This document shows positions 1 to 28,379 of a stretch of 64,000 bases of DNA, in pieces. The position numbers and the translations under genes are program-made. This stretch comes from Sminthopsis crassicaudata (taxonomy: Eukaryota): the NCBI RefSeq assembly GCF_048593235.1, contig NC_133619.1, forward strand, positions 227,182,454 to 227,246,453. Direction: 5' to 3'. A model generated the notes under the pieces. That model ran no database searches and was not told the DNA's origin. It saw only the letters and a list, made by a program, of their open reading frames with translations. Each line of letters starts with the position of its first letter. Position 1 is the first letter of the stretch.

Positions 1-1780
1 GGTGTCTTGATTCAGGCATGAGCTGAATTTAAGTGAGTCAGAACTGCACACATTTTTCAGCCTTAATCTCTCTTTGAAGTCCAGTGACAGGACAAAACAC
101 AAGTGACCTGAGTTCCCAGGATACAGTGGATGACCTTGGGTCTTCCATGTATGGCCAGGCCCTAAGGGCTTCACAACACCTGCTTCAGTCACCTTTATGG
201 CCGCTGGAACAAACTGTTCTCATCTGCCCCTTCCTCCAGGAAAGTCTTCACGTGCTCTTCATGTTAGGACTCCCTCCTAACTCACCAAGGGTTTCGGTTA
301 CAGCCATCTGATTTAGCCATCTGCCGAGATGGTTTGTACCCAGGTGTGGCTACTGTGTCACTACAGCTTCTTGAAACAACAGGTGAGAGTTGGGTGGAAG
401 GCAAAGGCAGGAGCAGCCTCAAAAAGGGTTTGGCAAGCCTTTATAACAGAAGGGCTGGCCCTCCTGGAACACTTTATACACAGCCGTGCCCTCCTAGAAT
501 GTAGGTTAGAGAAAAAAGCTAGGTGTAGAAGAAAAATATCAATAATGGACAAGCATGCCAGGAATAATGTTAATGAGTTTATTATTGATGAGGTCTTCAC
601 CGTTAGGTATGGTTAACAGAGGAATTGATAAAAATCCCTGAGGCAGGCAGGCAGAAGGCTCTGATAAGAGACCAGTTTAGCTCCATGGTCTCACCTTCTG
701 AGGAGCTCATCCAGTCTGAAATCCAAGTTATGTCAAAGACCCGAGACCCACTCTCTGGAAGTGTCTCCAAATAGTCTCACCTTCCCATGCCCTGTCAGAA
801 ATCTCAGTCATGTTCCAGGGGTTAAATTTTCCTATAAAATCTACTTCAGGGCCATCCCGTGGCTGCAGCCTTCCTTTGGGTCAGTCTGCCATGGCATTCT
901 GCCTCGTGATGTCTTTCTCCTTAGCCCCCTCTCCCCTATACCCCCCATAGTATCTTTCCTAATTCCACTAGGCTTACCAGCCCACTTCTCCTTACAGATA
1001 ACTCTTTAGATTCTGAGTCCCTTTCAGGACTTAGCCTGCCAACTAAGAGCATACGGAAGCCCAGCTTTTGGTGCCTGCCATCATCTAGTGTCTACATCAC
1101 CTCCATCATGTTGGTACCCGAACCACATCATCATCTACATCACCCACATGATTTTGGTGCTGAAACTACATTATTCTCATTCAAGCATTATTCTAATTGG
1201 AGAGGAAAATATGCATCTTTCTTACCCAAAATAACATGAGATTCTTAGACAAGGAAATTTCATAATAAAACATAACTCCAAAAGTCAGGGTAAAATAAAA
1301 TTTAATATTTTGTTTCATTAATCCAGAACAATTCTATATACCACTCATTTCCTTTATGACAATTCTCTTTAAATCATGAAGAGAGAGGCTACTCTTCTTA
1401 GGTGGTTTGTTACCCTAAGAGGCTCAAAAGTGGATCAATCAGGGGTTCATCTTATCTAACAGATTTTAAAGAGTCCATAATGTTGAAGATAAAATTTAAA
1501 AAGTCTGGCAAAAACAATTTTATTTAATCAAATAATATCTAAGTATCTAAGCCATTTCTGGCTTGCCCATGCCATCTAACATCATTATCTGTCCCCAAGA
1601 TGGTAAATTTTATAGGAATCTTAAAAGGAAAATATAGTAATATGTGAAAATATAATTTTAGATTAACAGTCCAAAGTAATAAGAGTAATAAAATCACCAC
1701 TTCATTTCTTATGCAGCAAAGTGGTATTCTTCCTTTGATCACTACTTTAATCCTTTCTCAATGGATAAGTATCGATCTCT

Positions 1781-2240
1781 TTGGTTGGTTGTCTTTCATT
1801 CTCTAAGAGGACCAAAATGACATCACTATATTAAGAGTTACAACCATGGCTGATCAGACCAGTACAAGCTCAGGATGCTCTGCCCAGGTTGGACACAAAA
1901 TAGTCTCTATGAACATTTGGGGTGTCTTCTCTAACTGCATCTTGAGTTTCTTCTGGGCTAATTCACTTATGCTTTCCTCATGGAGCAAGACCTTCTCTGA
2001 TGAGGGCACGCCATGTGGGGCAGTCTTGTGCCAAGGTCTCCCATGTCATACAATTGATTCTGAAATTCTTAGGCCTTGAGAGGATCCTTGTATCGCGTTT
2101 TCTGACTACCTTGTGAGCGCTTGCCCTGTGTGAGTTCTCCATAAAATAATCTTTTTGTCAAGCATGCATTTGGCCTTTGAACAATGTGAGCAGCCCAGCA
2201 GGGCTGTGCTCTCCACTGGGGAGTTGGAATGCTTGTTCTG
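1781..2240 (-). mobile_element. RTE-clade LINE, 3' end (degenerate)
   Basis: Minus-strand translation WAAHIVQRPNACLTKRLFYGELTQGKRSQGSQKTRYKDPLK resembles the RTE ORF C-terminus. It ends in a short AACC-type tail (plus strand ttggttggtt at 1781-1790). Confidence 0.85.
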
Positions 2241-2709
2241 CCAGGAGCAGAAGAGGTCTGTACACATTTGTGCACCTGACCAGGCCTTTGATACTGTCGG
2301 TCACAAGGGCTTATGGAAAACCATCAAAATTTGGTTACTCAGAGAAGTTCTCCAGTACAGTATGTCAGTTTCATGACAGGAGGCTTGCCCGGGTTCTGGA
2401 CAATGGATGATGCTCTTGAGCTTTCCCAGTCACCAGGGCAGTGACACAAGCTGTGTGCTTGCTCCCATGCTTTTTAGCATGAAGTTTTCAGCCATATTGG
2501 CAAACACCTTTGATATGGACAAACACATAATCAAAGTCAGCTTCAGCACTCAGGATAAATCTTTGACTTGAAAAGACTTGATAAGCCAAAACTAGAGTGG
2601 AGGGAGTGTTGAAGCATGCTTTTTTGTTTGCAGATGATTGTGCACTCAATGCAGCCTCTGAAGATGAGATGTAACAAAGTACGGATTGATTCTCTGTTCC
2701 TTGTGCTAA
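2239..2709 (+). mobile_element. RTE-clade LINE reverse-transcriptase fragment (degenerate, opposite orientation to the adjacent 3' end)
   Basis: Frameshifted RT motifs: ...AFDTV..GLWK, QFHD..ARVLDNG, and LFADDCALNAASE (TTT GCA GAT GAT at 2627-2638), with stops. Confidence 0.85.
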
Positions 2710-2952
2710 CCAATCACTTCAGGAGAGTGGGGAAAGAAATAATGTCAATGAAGCAAGAAGTAGATTTGTTATTTCCCTTTATCTATTTCTTTAAGAAGAA
2801 AGACCTTTTTGTCCTCAACTTATCATTCACCTTTCTAAGGGATTTGTTTTGTCCAGGAACCTGGGAAAAGGATGTTAGAGAAAAATATTATTTCTTAATG
2901 TTTTAAATTTTACTAAAAAGGAAGCTTTTAAAAACACACTTCCATACAAGAT

Positions 2953-2961
2953 ACACACACA

Positions 2962-3005
<44 letters not shown>
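2953..3005. repeat. (CA)n microsatellite
   Basis: Directly visible, with one TA interruption. Confidence 0.97.
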
Positions 3006-3007
<2 letters not shown>

Positions 3008-3419
3008 TAACAATCCCACTGATTAAAATTCTACAGAAATTAACCCATGAAGAAGTTCTGAAGATATTAATTATGAGGAAATGATTCCAATAAGGAGGTG
3101 AAAATTGTCAGAGGTGACTGATATGCATCCACGGGAAATACACCAATTAACTTGGATTTTAGATGTGAACAAAAGAGGACAGAGTAAATATAAGTGAATA
3201 TAAGTTCTATAAAATGTCAGACATTCTAAAACTTAGGATTCAAGTTAAGGACCACAAAGAGGTGTTTGGATTTTGTTTTGTTTCTGTGTTTGGGAAAAGA
3301 AGAAAATAAAGACTCTGTCACCAGCTTTTTTTTTTTCCTTCTCTCCATAATTATTTGATCACCTCATCTTCTCCAATGAGTTCAGTTGCCAAGTCTATGT
3401 AGATAACTTTTTGATCTGT

Positions 3420-3850
3420 CTATATAGTTCTAGTCTCTTTCCTATGTTCCTTAGGTCACATCATCTAGTAGACATTTCAAACTGGATGTCTCAGAGGCAT
3501 TTTCAACTGAACATGTCTAAAACTGAATTCAGCATTTCTCCCCAACACTCTCCTTTCCTGAATTTTTAAATTTTTGTCAAGGGTACCACTATCCTTCTAT
3601 TCTGCTAGGTTTGTTATTTTGGTTGATATTTTGAATTTTCACATATCAATTTGACATTTCTACTTTCATAACATTCCTAGCAAATATTCACTCATTTCTT
3701 TATATTTACACAGACACCAACCTAGTTCAAACTCACCTTACTCCCCAAGCGAATTATTAAAATAACCTCATAATGAGTCTCCTGCTTGCTTTCTCTCCTC
3801 CATCCTCCATACAGCTGCCAAAGTGAATTTCCTGAAGCATGAATCTAGGA
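3420..3850 (+). mobile_element. L2 LINE 3' fragment (ancient)
   Basis: ctggatgtctcagaggcattttcaactgaacatgtctaaaactgaattc resembles the L2 3' region (recognised from memory). Boundaries approximate. Confidence 0.6.
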
Positions 3851-3999
3851 AATGGGAAAGACACCAGAAAAATAGAAAAGATTAAACTTTCCAAATTTCA
3901 GGGAAGGTAGATAAATCTGCAAACAGCCAATCGATGAACTTGACTTCAGATTTTGGGAAAATTCTAGTATCAAAGAGGAGATCTAGAAAGTGAAGTAAT

Positions 4000-4260
4000 A
4001 ATTGCATATAAGCAACATGGTTTCATCAATAACCAGTGATACCAAAACTACCTTAATATCTTTTAGAAGAGACAACAAAATAAACATAGTTTACTTAGAT
4101 TTTGGCAAAGTGATTCAAGTATCTTCTGGAAAATTTGGAGAGATATGGTTCAGATGATATCAGATTTGGACACTGCTGAATGGTAGAACTCAAAAGTTTG
4201 GTTGTTCAGGTATGACGGACTCTCCTTGAATTATTGGCAAAAAAATACTGGAATGGTTTG
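4000..4260 (+). mobile_element. CR1/L3 LINE RT fragment
   Basis: IVYLDFGK at 4086-4109 resembles the CR1 RT motif YLDFxKAFD. Confidence 0.6.
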
Positions 4261-5639
4261 ACATTTTTCAAGTTCATTTTAAAAAGGAAGAAAGGGTTAA
4301 GTGACAGTTAGTGCCAGAGGCCAGATTTGAACTCACAAAGATCCATCTTTGGCACTCTATGCATCTCACTACCCTTCATGGACAGATAGATGGATGCATG
4401 TGAATATATGTATATGTGGGTGTAAATATGCATAAGTATTTGTAAATGAACCTAAGCTTTATATCCTGTCATCCTTGCTAGAAAAATTCTAACTCAGTTT
4501 ACTGTCCCCCACAAAACCTTTTTTTCCTGTCTCTGGTGTCTTTTTTCCTAACTAAAATACTCCAGTATCAAATCCATGCAGAAGAAAACCAGTCAGTGCA
4601 GCTTTCAGCAATTTCCATTTCTTTTCCTTTATGGTTTTGGCTCTGCATGTGATCTTTGTGGCAGCCATGCTGGAGCGGGGAATCGGGCAACAGAATACCA
4701 ATACCAGAGGCTACAGGACCACCGGAAGTAACTTGAAGTGAGAAGCATTTCTCCAAAATACTTAAATGTAGTTTTAGGACTGGACAGTTCACACATACTG
4801 AACATTTCAAAAATAAATCTGAAAGGAACCTAATAAAATCAATAAATTCCTAAGACATTTTTGGTGAAAATATATTCCGTTTAATGGAACACCTTAAAGA
4901 TATATCTTAAATTGAGCAGCCCCTTATATTGCTTTACAAAGCAATCCATGTCCATTAATAAATACAAGAGTGAACTTCACCAAAATTATTGCTAAAGTAT
5001 ATTTCATAATAAATTATGCCAGAGATGTTTCAAATATATGCAATCAGAAGATGGACGTATTGTTTTGGGTAAGGTATTTTGCACAGAAAACGCACATTAA
5101 AAACAAAAACAAAAACAAAAACACTTTTATCAATAAGGCACGCAGAGCAAATTTATCAATTGACACGAAACTACCCTGTGGGATTGGGCTGATTCAAATA
5201 AGATAAAACTGTAAAAGGATTCAAGTAAACTCTTATGCTTAGAATTAAAGTGACCTCACAAGACTAAGATAGAATTCGTCTGAAAAAGATCCGGAGGTCT
5301 TAGAGAACCAAGATCAAAATAAGTCAGCAACGTTTTCTGTCAGTCCAAAAGGCGTGCGCCTGCAAGGGTGAGAGCAGGGAAGTGATCGTTGGGGTCGGAC
5401 TGTAAGACCAGGCTCAGTTTGGGCCGCTGCGTTTCATTAAAGACTTTTTTAAGTCATAAAACGTCCAGAGGATTGCAACTGGAATGTGGAGGGTTGAAGT
5501 CCTCGCTTACATGAAGATTAAGGGAGACAAGGGGACAGAGAAAGGGCTGGACTATTTCGGTTTGAACGAAGGAACGGAGGTGGGGCTGGAGGCACAGAGA
5601 AAATGTTGGCTTTTTTATTGCACAGTCTTATTCTAAGGA

Positions 5640-6000
5640 CGTTCATTTGTTTCGCAAAGACGGCGGAGATGTAAGGTCTAGGATTTCCCGTGTAGAGTGT
5701 ACGCGGTGCGGCGGGCGCCCCGGACCTCGGAGATGCGGGCCCCCGTCCGGAGTTCAGCCGGCCCGCCACGCCTTCCTCGCATCCCGGGCCACTCGGCATC
5801 CGCGTCCCCTCCCGAGTCTCCCCGTCCCCAATCTTCCCCCGATTGCGGGGGAGGGGAGCACCTCCTGCTGGCCTACGGCTCGCTGGGCATCCACGCGTAC
5901 CGCGGACTGCGGCCCGCATGCTCACTGCAAGACTGAGCGTCTCCTGGCTCGGCCTGACGGGGCCTCTTACTCCATTTGTGGGGCGCGAGTCAGAGTTGGT
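5640..6000. promoter_or_regulatory. Small CpG island upstream of the tRNA pair
   Basis: Dense CpG and high GC against AT-rich flanks. Confidence 0.7.
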
Positions 6001-6334
6001 AAATCGTTGCTGGCATTATTTTAAAAAGCACTAGTGCGCTTGTGACTTTGGACCGAGCTGCAAATAATCACAGTTTTAAATGGGGGAGGAGAGAGGAGCG
6101 GGATGTGCAATTCAGTGGATGGTAAGGGAAATGTCTTCCTAGAAGCTGCTGATGAGGTTAGAGAAAGCAGTGCCCGTAAACTCGAGAGCTTTCTGCCAGG
6201 AATGCCTTCCAGATGGCTATTTCGAGTCCATGGGGCCAGTCAGGAAGGTTAGAGCTACTGAAAAAATAAACCGGAATGAGCACACCGCTGGTAAAAAGTT
6301 AAAGGATATCAAGAGTAGACCTACGCCAGCGAGG

Positions 6335-6423
6335 CCTTCGATAGCTCAGTTGGTAGAGCGGAGGACTGTAGTGGAATTACTCTGGTTATCCTTAGGTCGC
6401 TGGTTCGATTCCGGCTCGAAGGA
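6335..6423 (+). tRNA. tRNA-Tyr (GTA) with a 16-nt intron at 6372-6387
   Basis: CCTTCGATAGCTCAGTTGGTAGAGCGGAGGACTGTAG-[tggaattactctggtt]-ATCCTTAGGTCGCTGGTTCGATTCCGGCTCGAAGGA. Anticodon 6368-6370, intact A and B boxes, T-runs from 6435. Confidence 0.99.
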
Positions 6424-6888
6424 CTTCCCAAAGCTTTTTCTTTTTTGCTCCTTCTTGACTATTTTTTGGCAGTTTAATTAACTTAATTCACTTAATTGGA
6501 TTTGTATATACAAAATATGTATTTGCATGCACCACCCCAACGTTTTGACCAAAATTGACCTGTTTGCATCTAACAACATAGGACATGTAGGAGAGTATCC
6601 CGGGATAAGCGCTACGTAATCAAGTGTGTGACGGTTGATTCTGGCTGAAGCTGCTTGTGTCATGGTGGGTGAAACTCTTCTGTTGCGTTTGTGTTTCTCT
6701 TAGTTCTTTTGATAAAATTATGTTTCCGTCTCTATTAGCTACCAAAAAGGCCCATTCTTTAGCAAGAGCCTCCAAGTTCTTCAGCCACCAGGAAATAACC
6801 AAGGGGGCGGGACAAGTGGTGGACTGGCTGATTTCACTACATTTCACTACTCTAAAGAGAGGGGAAAGGAAAGGACAGAAATGGCAGT

Positions 6889-6961
6889 GGGGGATTAGCT
6901 CAAATGGTAGAGCGCTCGCTTAGCATGCGAGAGGTAGCGGGATCGATGCCCGCATCCTCCA
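6889..6961 (+). tRNA. tRNA-Ala (AGC)
   Basis: GGGGGATTAGCTCAAATGGTAGAGCGCTCGCTTAGCATGCGAGAGGTAGCGGGATCGATGCCCGCATCCTCCA, 73 nt, anticodon 6922-6924. Confidence 0.99.
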
Positions 6962-6965
6962 GTTC

Positions 6966-6975
6966 CTTTTTTTTT
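6966..6975 (+). terminator. Pol III oligo-dT terminator of tRNA-Ala
   Basis: T-run a few nt after the tRNA 3' end. Confidence 0.85.
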
Positions 6976-7099
6976 AATCTCTTAAAAGACATATAGTCCC
7001 TGAAGCCCCTATCGTTCAAAGCACACTTTAGAACTTACAACTACTTTTGTTCTTATTATTATCGCAGTCATTATTGATAAAAAACGGTTATTTTTTTCC

Positions 7100-7930
7100 A
7101 TTCCGTTGCTCGGTGCTCGTCTCTTTGCAGTCCCGCCCCAATGACTGTTAACCGCCTCCGGAGCAGCGGACGCGACTGGAATTCTCTCGAGAGCTGGGTG
7201 ACTGCGAACCCCAAGACGTTACTTTGCCAGGGAACCCGGACCCCGGCGACCGCGAGGGGAGAAAAAGACCCCCCACGCCCCGACCAATGGCAGCGAGTGT
7301 TGCTGGGTAAGTGGGCAGCTGCGCCCGCGGCCAATAAGCGGATGGCTTGTTGTTTCCTGGCAGAGCGGGGTCCCGGCGCCGCGGCGCTCCCGTTTTGTTT
7401 GGGTCCTGGGCGACGGGCCCGGGCGCTGAGCCGGGGCCGGAGGCGCAGCCACACTGACGGGAGGAGGAACGGGAGCGCCGGCCCCGAGAGAGGTGAGGGG
7501 CTCTCTGCGGCCGGGCTCCCCCACCCCGATCCAGCCCCCGGCCCCGCCCCCCTCGGCCCCTCTGGCCCGGAGCCCCCTCCTGGGATACCGTCCCGGCCCC
7601 GCCCCCGTCGCTCTGGCCGCTGCCGCTGCCTTCCTGGTCCCGCGCTTGTCCCGGAGCCCGGAGCCAGGCTCCCGACCCCGCTTCCCGCGCCGGGCAGGTG
7701 GGCCGATCCGCGTCGGGAGGCGCTGTCCTCTTCCCCTGCCCCACGCCCGCAGCCTGCACGGCTGTGCTCCTCTCCTGTCCCCTCCGCCCTTTGGGAATTG
7801 ATTTGGTACGAGCTCGGGGCTTGCAGCCCCTCCCTCAACCGCCGGGCCTCCGGGAGAGTAGCCCCCGGCCCGGGCTCAGACCCAGTATCCCCGCTGGAAT
7901 TGAGGTGTAGAGCTGCTCGGTGACCTGGAC
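7100..7930 (+). promoter_or_regulatory. AGBL5 CpG-island promoter with non-coding exon 1 (ends at 7492)
   Basis: CpG island, GC box CCACGCCC at 7273-7280, CCAAT at 7284-7288 and 7331-7335, donor GAG|gtgagg at 7493. The TSS itself cannot be fixed from sequence. Confidence 0.75.
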
Positions 7931-8609
7931 GACTCCCGCCCCGTTTCCTCGAGCCTGGAATAAGCCGTCCTTGTTCTGCCTTCTTTTCCACAATAGGTGG
8001 AAAGCAATGGGAAGCTGGGCCCGGGAGGCTGCAGAAGTGTTTCTCCAGGTTAAGCTGATCCACGTGGGGGAGGGGTCAAGGAGAGGGGGGAGGGTCTCGG
8101 AGGTGAAGCTTGGCTCCTCCCTCTCAAGTGGCTCCCGACTGCCTGGGGGGTAGTCCTCGGGGATGGCTCCCCCCTTATCAAAGTTGGGGTGTCCTCCCTA
8201 GGATTGAGGCCAGTTTCATTACACTATGCAGACTTTAGGCGGGAAAGAAGCTCAGAGTCTGGTGTTCTCCACATGGTTTAATCTCGTTACATCCTCTCAG
8301 AGATGGAAGCCCCCGGGGCCTGGAGATTGAAGTAACCAGTACAGTAGCATAATGGGGTTAAGATCACAGCCTTAAGTCCCGGGTACCTGGTGGTAACTTC
8401 TCCTTTTGGTGTTCTATAGCTAATCTGCTTCTCGGTTTTCTTGAAGTACTACTGTAGGAAAGTACCCTCAGAACCCCAGAGACTAACAAAGTCAGTTTTC
8501 ACAACTTGTCTTCTTCCCTCTCCTTCCCCTCCTTCCTTCCTTATCCCCATCCCACCCCCTTAGCTCTCAGGGCCAGTCTGGGGCAGGAGGATGCTTACTC
8601 AGCCCCACC

Positions 8610-24711
<16,102 letters not shown>

Positions 24712-25031
24712 TTTTGCCCCTGACTCCATGGCAGGGCATCCTTCCATGGTTTTAGGGCACAGGAAACGCCCTAACCAGTTGCTTCACCCCCTGTAATAAC
24801 CATGGCTCCTTAGAGAGTCAAGCCTCATTGTCCCGGGACCACTTTGGGGCAGGACAAGGAGCAGGGACCTCCCAGCCCCATCCCTCCCTCCACAGCACAG
24901 GAATTTGGGACCATATATATATATTTTTTATATTGGTGGGTTGGAAAAAGAAATCAGTCCCTACACTGAGCCCTGTTCAGTGGCAGATTTTGCCTCTGGC
25001 TTGTTTCATAGGATAGGGAAGACTTTGAGGA

Positions 25032-25037
25032 AATAAA
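25032..25037 (+). terminator. Likely AGBL5 polyadenylation signal
   Basis: First AATAAA I found after the stop at 24711. Confidence 0.6.
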
Positions 25038-25479
25038 AGTTGTTTGGAAAAAAACTCAAGAAATGTTTGCTATTTTGAAAGATGGACAGCACTGATAGCA
25101 ATATAAAAAGTCCCTCCCCACTCCCCCCACATTCAATCTAGCATCAAATTTTATCAGGAAACCCTGGAAAGGAGGAGAGAATGTTGCTGTGGCAGCCCCT
25201 TCCATAGGGGCCGACGTTTCCAAAGATTTCTCCCTCACCCAATTTCTGGACAGCCTTTTCTTCATAGCCAACCTGAAGACCCATATAGGGTGATCTTCGG
25301 CTCCTTACCCACTGTGCACAGAAACCATTCCAGCTCTTCCCCACTCCCATCTCCCAGTAAGCAATCTTTGCCTCTTAACAAATGCCAGTTTAGCCTCAAA
25401 AGAGGAGGGGGATGTTTAATAGGGGCCCAAACCCCTCAGCCTTGGAGCAGCTGCTTCCCATCCTCTTCGAGGCTTTTGG

Positions 25480-26260
<781 letters not shown>

Positions 26261-26649
26261 TTCCTCGCCAGACCTGCAGAGGGAGCCAAGCGCTTCGGCT
26301 TTCCGACTAACACGGGATGGTTGCGTGACTGGAGGAACGGAACCCTCACCCACACCGGCTCTCCCCCTCTACAAAGCACCACTCCTGGCCCTGCCCCGGA
26401 GTCTTGCTTCCTACACGTGCACCCCATCAGAGTCCAGCTTTCTACACTGCCCCACAGCTGGGCCTCCCGCACATGCACACATCCGCCTCCCTCCCGGAGT
26501 CCTACTGCAGCACAATGCCCTGTCTCCTTCATAGACACTTTCCCTCTCGCATCCTCCGGCAACCCTTCCGAGCTCAGTCTCCCGCCCACAGGCCATCCTT
26601 CCCAAACTCTTGACTCCATCTAATTAAATCTCAAATGTTTATTAGGCTA

Positions 26650-26758
26650 GGGGCAGCTAGAAGGTGCAGTGGATGGAGCAGCGGCCCTGACCTTAGTTCA
26701 AATCCTTCCTCGGACACAACACTGTGTGACCCCAGGCAAGTCACAATCCCAACTGCCT
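26650..26758 (+). mobile_element. Marsupial CORE-SINE (WSINE/MAR1-like), internally shortened
   Basis: ggggcagctag...gcagtggat...gttcaaatcc...tgtgtgaccccaggcaagtcac shows a tRNA-derived head plus CORE sequence. Confidence 0.75.
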
Positions 26759-27372
26759 GGGGTGGGGGGGAGGGAGAAAAATATTAAGCCTCTTGCTGTT
26801 CAGGGCTAAACTCCTGAGGTGGGGAACAAATACACAGATAAAGAAATAAAAAATATAACCAGTAAATGGAAGGGGAGGGAAGTCACAAATAGTAGTAGTC
26901 ACGAAAGACCTCACTGGAAGGGAGCTTTGTCCTTCATCCCAGGACCAAGCTACAATGGAGAAGTAATACATAGTAAAGGACTCCAAGAGCTAGAGGAAAT
27001 GAGAGGGTGGGTGGGTGGCAATCCATGCAAAGTCATGCAGACCAGAGATGCAATATCATGTTAAAATGGACAGCTCATACAGGGGAAGGGGCAAGGAAGA
27101 TTCAGGACCAAGGTTTACAAAAGCACCTTACTCATTGCAACTTGTGAGTTCATTAGATAATGACAGTATTTCTATTTCACGAAGGAGAAAATTGTTTCTT
27201 AGAGGGTCCTGGAATACCAAGCAAAGGGCATTTTTTGGTTAAGGTCATTATTTATTAGGCATTTGAAAGCTACAGAAGTTTTCTGAGCAGAGGATTTAGG
27301 GATGATCTGGTCACTTGGGTGTTCATGGATAAGCTGGGATTCAAACCCAGGTTTTGTCGCTAAATACAGGGT

Positions 27373-27724
27373 AATGAACTGAACCAGCTACACCCAGCGA
27401 AAGAACTCTGGGAGATGACTATGAACCACTGCATAGAATTCCCAATTCCTCTATTTTTGTCCGCCTGCATTTTGGATTTCCTTCCCAGGCTAACTGTACA
27501 TTATCTCAAAGTCCGATTCTTTTTGTACAGCAAAACAACTGTTTGGACATGTATATGTATATTGTATTTAATTTATACTTTAACATATTTAACATATATT
27601 AGTCAACCTGGCATCTGGGGAGGGGTGGAGGGAAGGAGGGGAAAAGTTGGAACAAAAGATTTTGCAATTGTCAATGCTGAAAAATTACCCATGCATGTAT
27701 CTCGTAAATAAAAAGCTATAAAAA
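27373..27724 (+). mobile_element. 5'-truncated L1 3'-UTR insertion with 12-bp target-site duplication
   Basis: G-rich stretch, AATAAA and A-rich tail. taaatacagggt is present at both 27361-27372 and 27725-27736. Confidence 0.85.
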
Positions 27725-28379
27725 TAAATACAGGGTGCTTTTACCAAATCAGTGGGAAAAGGTGACAGGTTCCATTATTAATTTAATCAAAATCTGGATT
27801 TTGAGCAACATTATCAAATTTAGTAGAGTTCATTACGCTTATGAAGTGAGAGGAAGTTTCAAAAAAAAAATCATTCGAGAAAAAAAACTTAACACAGTTG
27901 CCCCAAGTATTCAGATGGGCTGCTCCGGGTAGTTGGGAAGTGGGAGTGGGGGCCTTTGTAGGGAGATCTTAGGAGAAAGAGTTGATCACATACTGGGATT
28001 CCTGACCAGGTCAAAGCTTGGACTAAATGGCCTCTTAGGAGCCCTTTCAGCCAACATTCACTGACTTCATGGGTGAAAACTGGCAGCTTAGTCAGGGTCC
28101 TGAATTCTAAAGTTTCTCATGGCAATAGCAATGGCATTGTTTTGATGTACAGGGTCTGAGGAAATAAGGTAGAAATGCTGAAACCATAAGAAATCAGCAC
28201 ATTCTTTAACAGCCTGGTGATGTGAGAATATATTCAAGGCAAAACTCACCTTGTTAGAATTCAAATTTAATTGTTACCATTAAAATGACTTATTCGGATA
28301 CATGGATTCAGAGACCAGCTTCCTCCATTTGCACCTATTGGATCCAGTCTTTCACACACTGCGCACACTGACAGTCCCT

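Noticed and set aside
361-600. 79-aa minus-strand ORF with a hydrophobic N-terminus
   Set aside because: It starts at GTG, I recognise no homology, and there is no supporting splice structure.
7071-8063. Long overlapping ORFs (330, 260 and 203 aa) over the AGBL5 promoter
   Set aside because: Gly/Pro/Arg/Ala-rich ORFs open in several frames at once. This is expected stop-codon depletion in a CpG island, with no recognisable domain.
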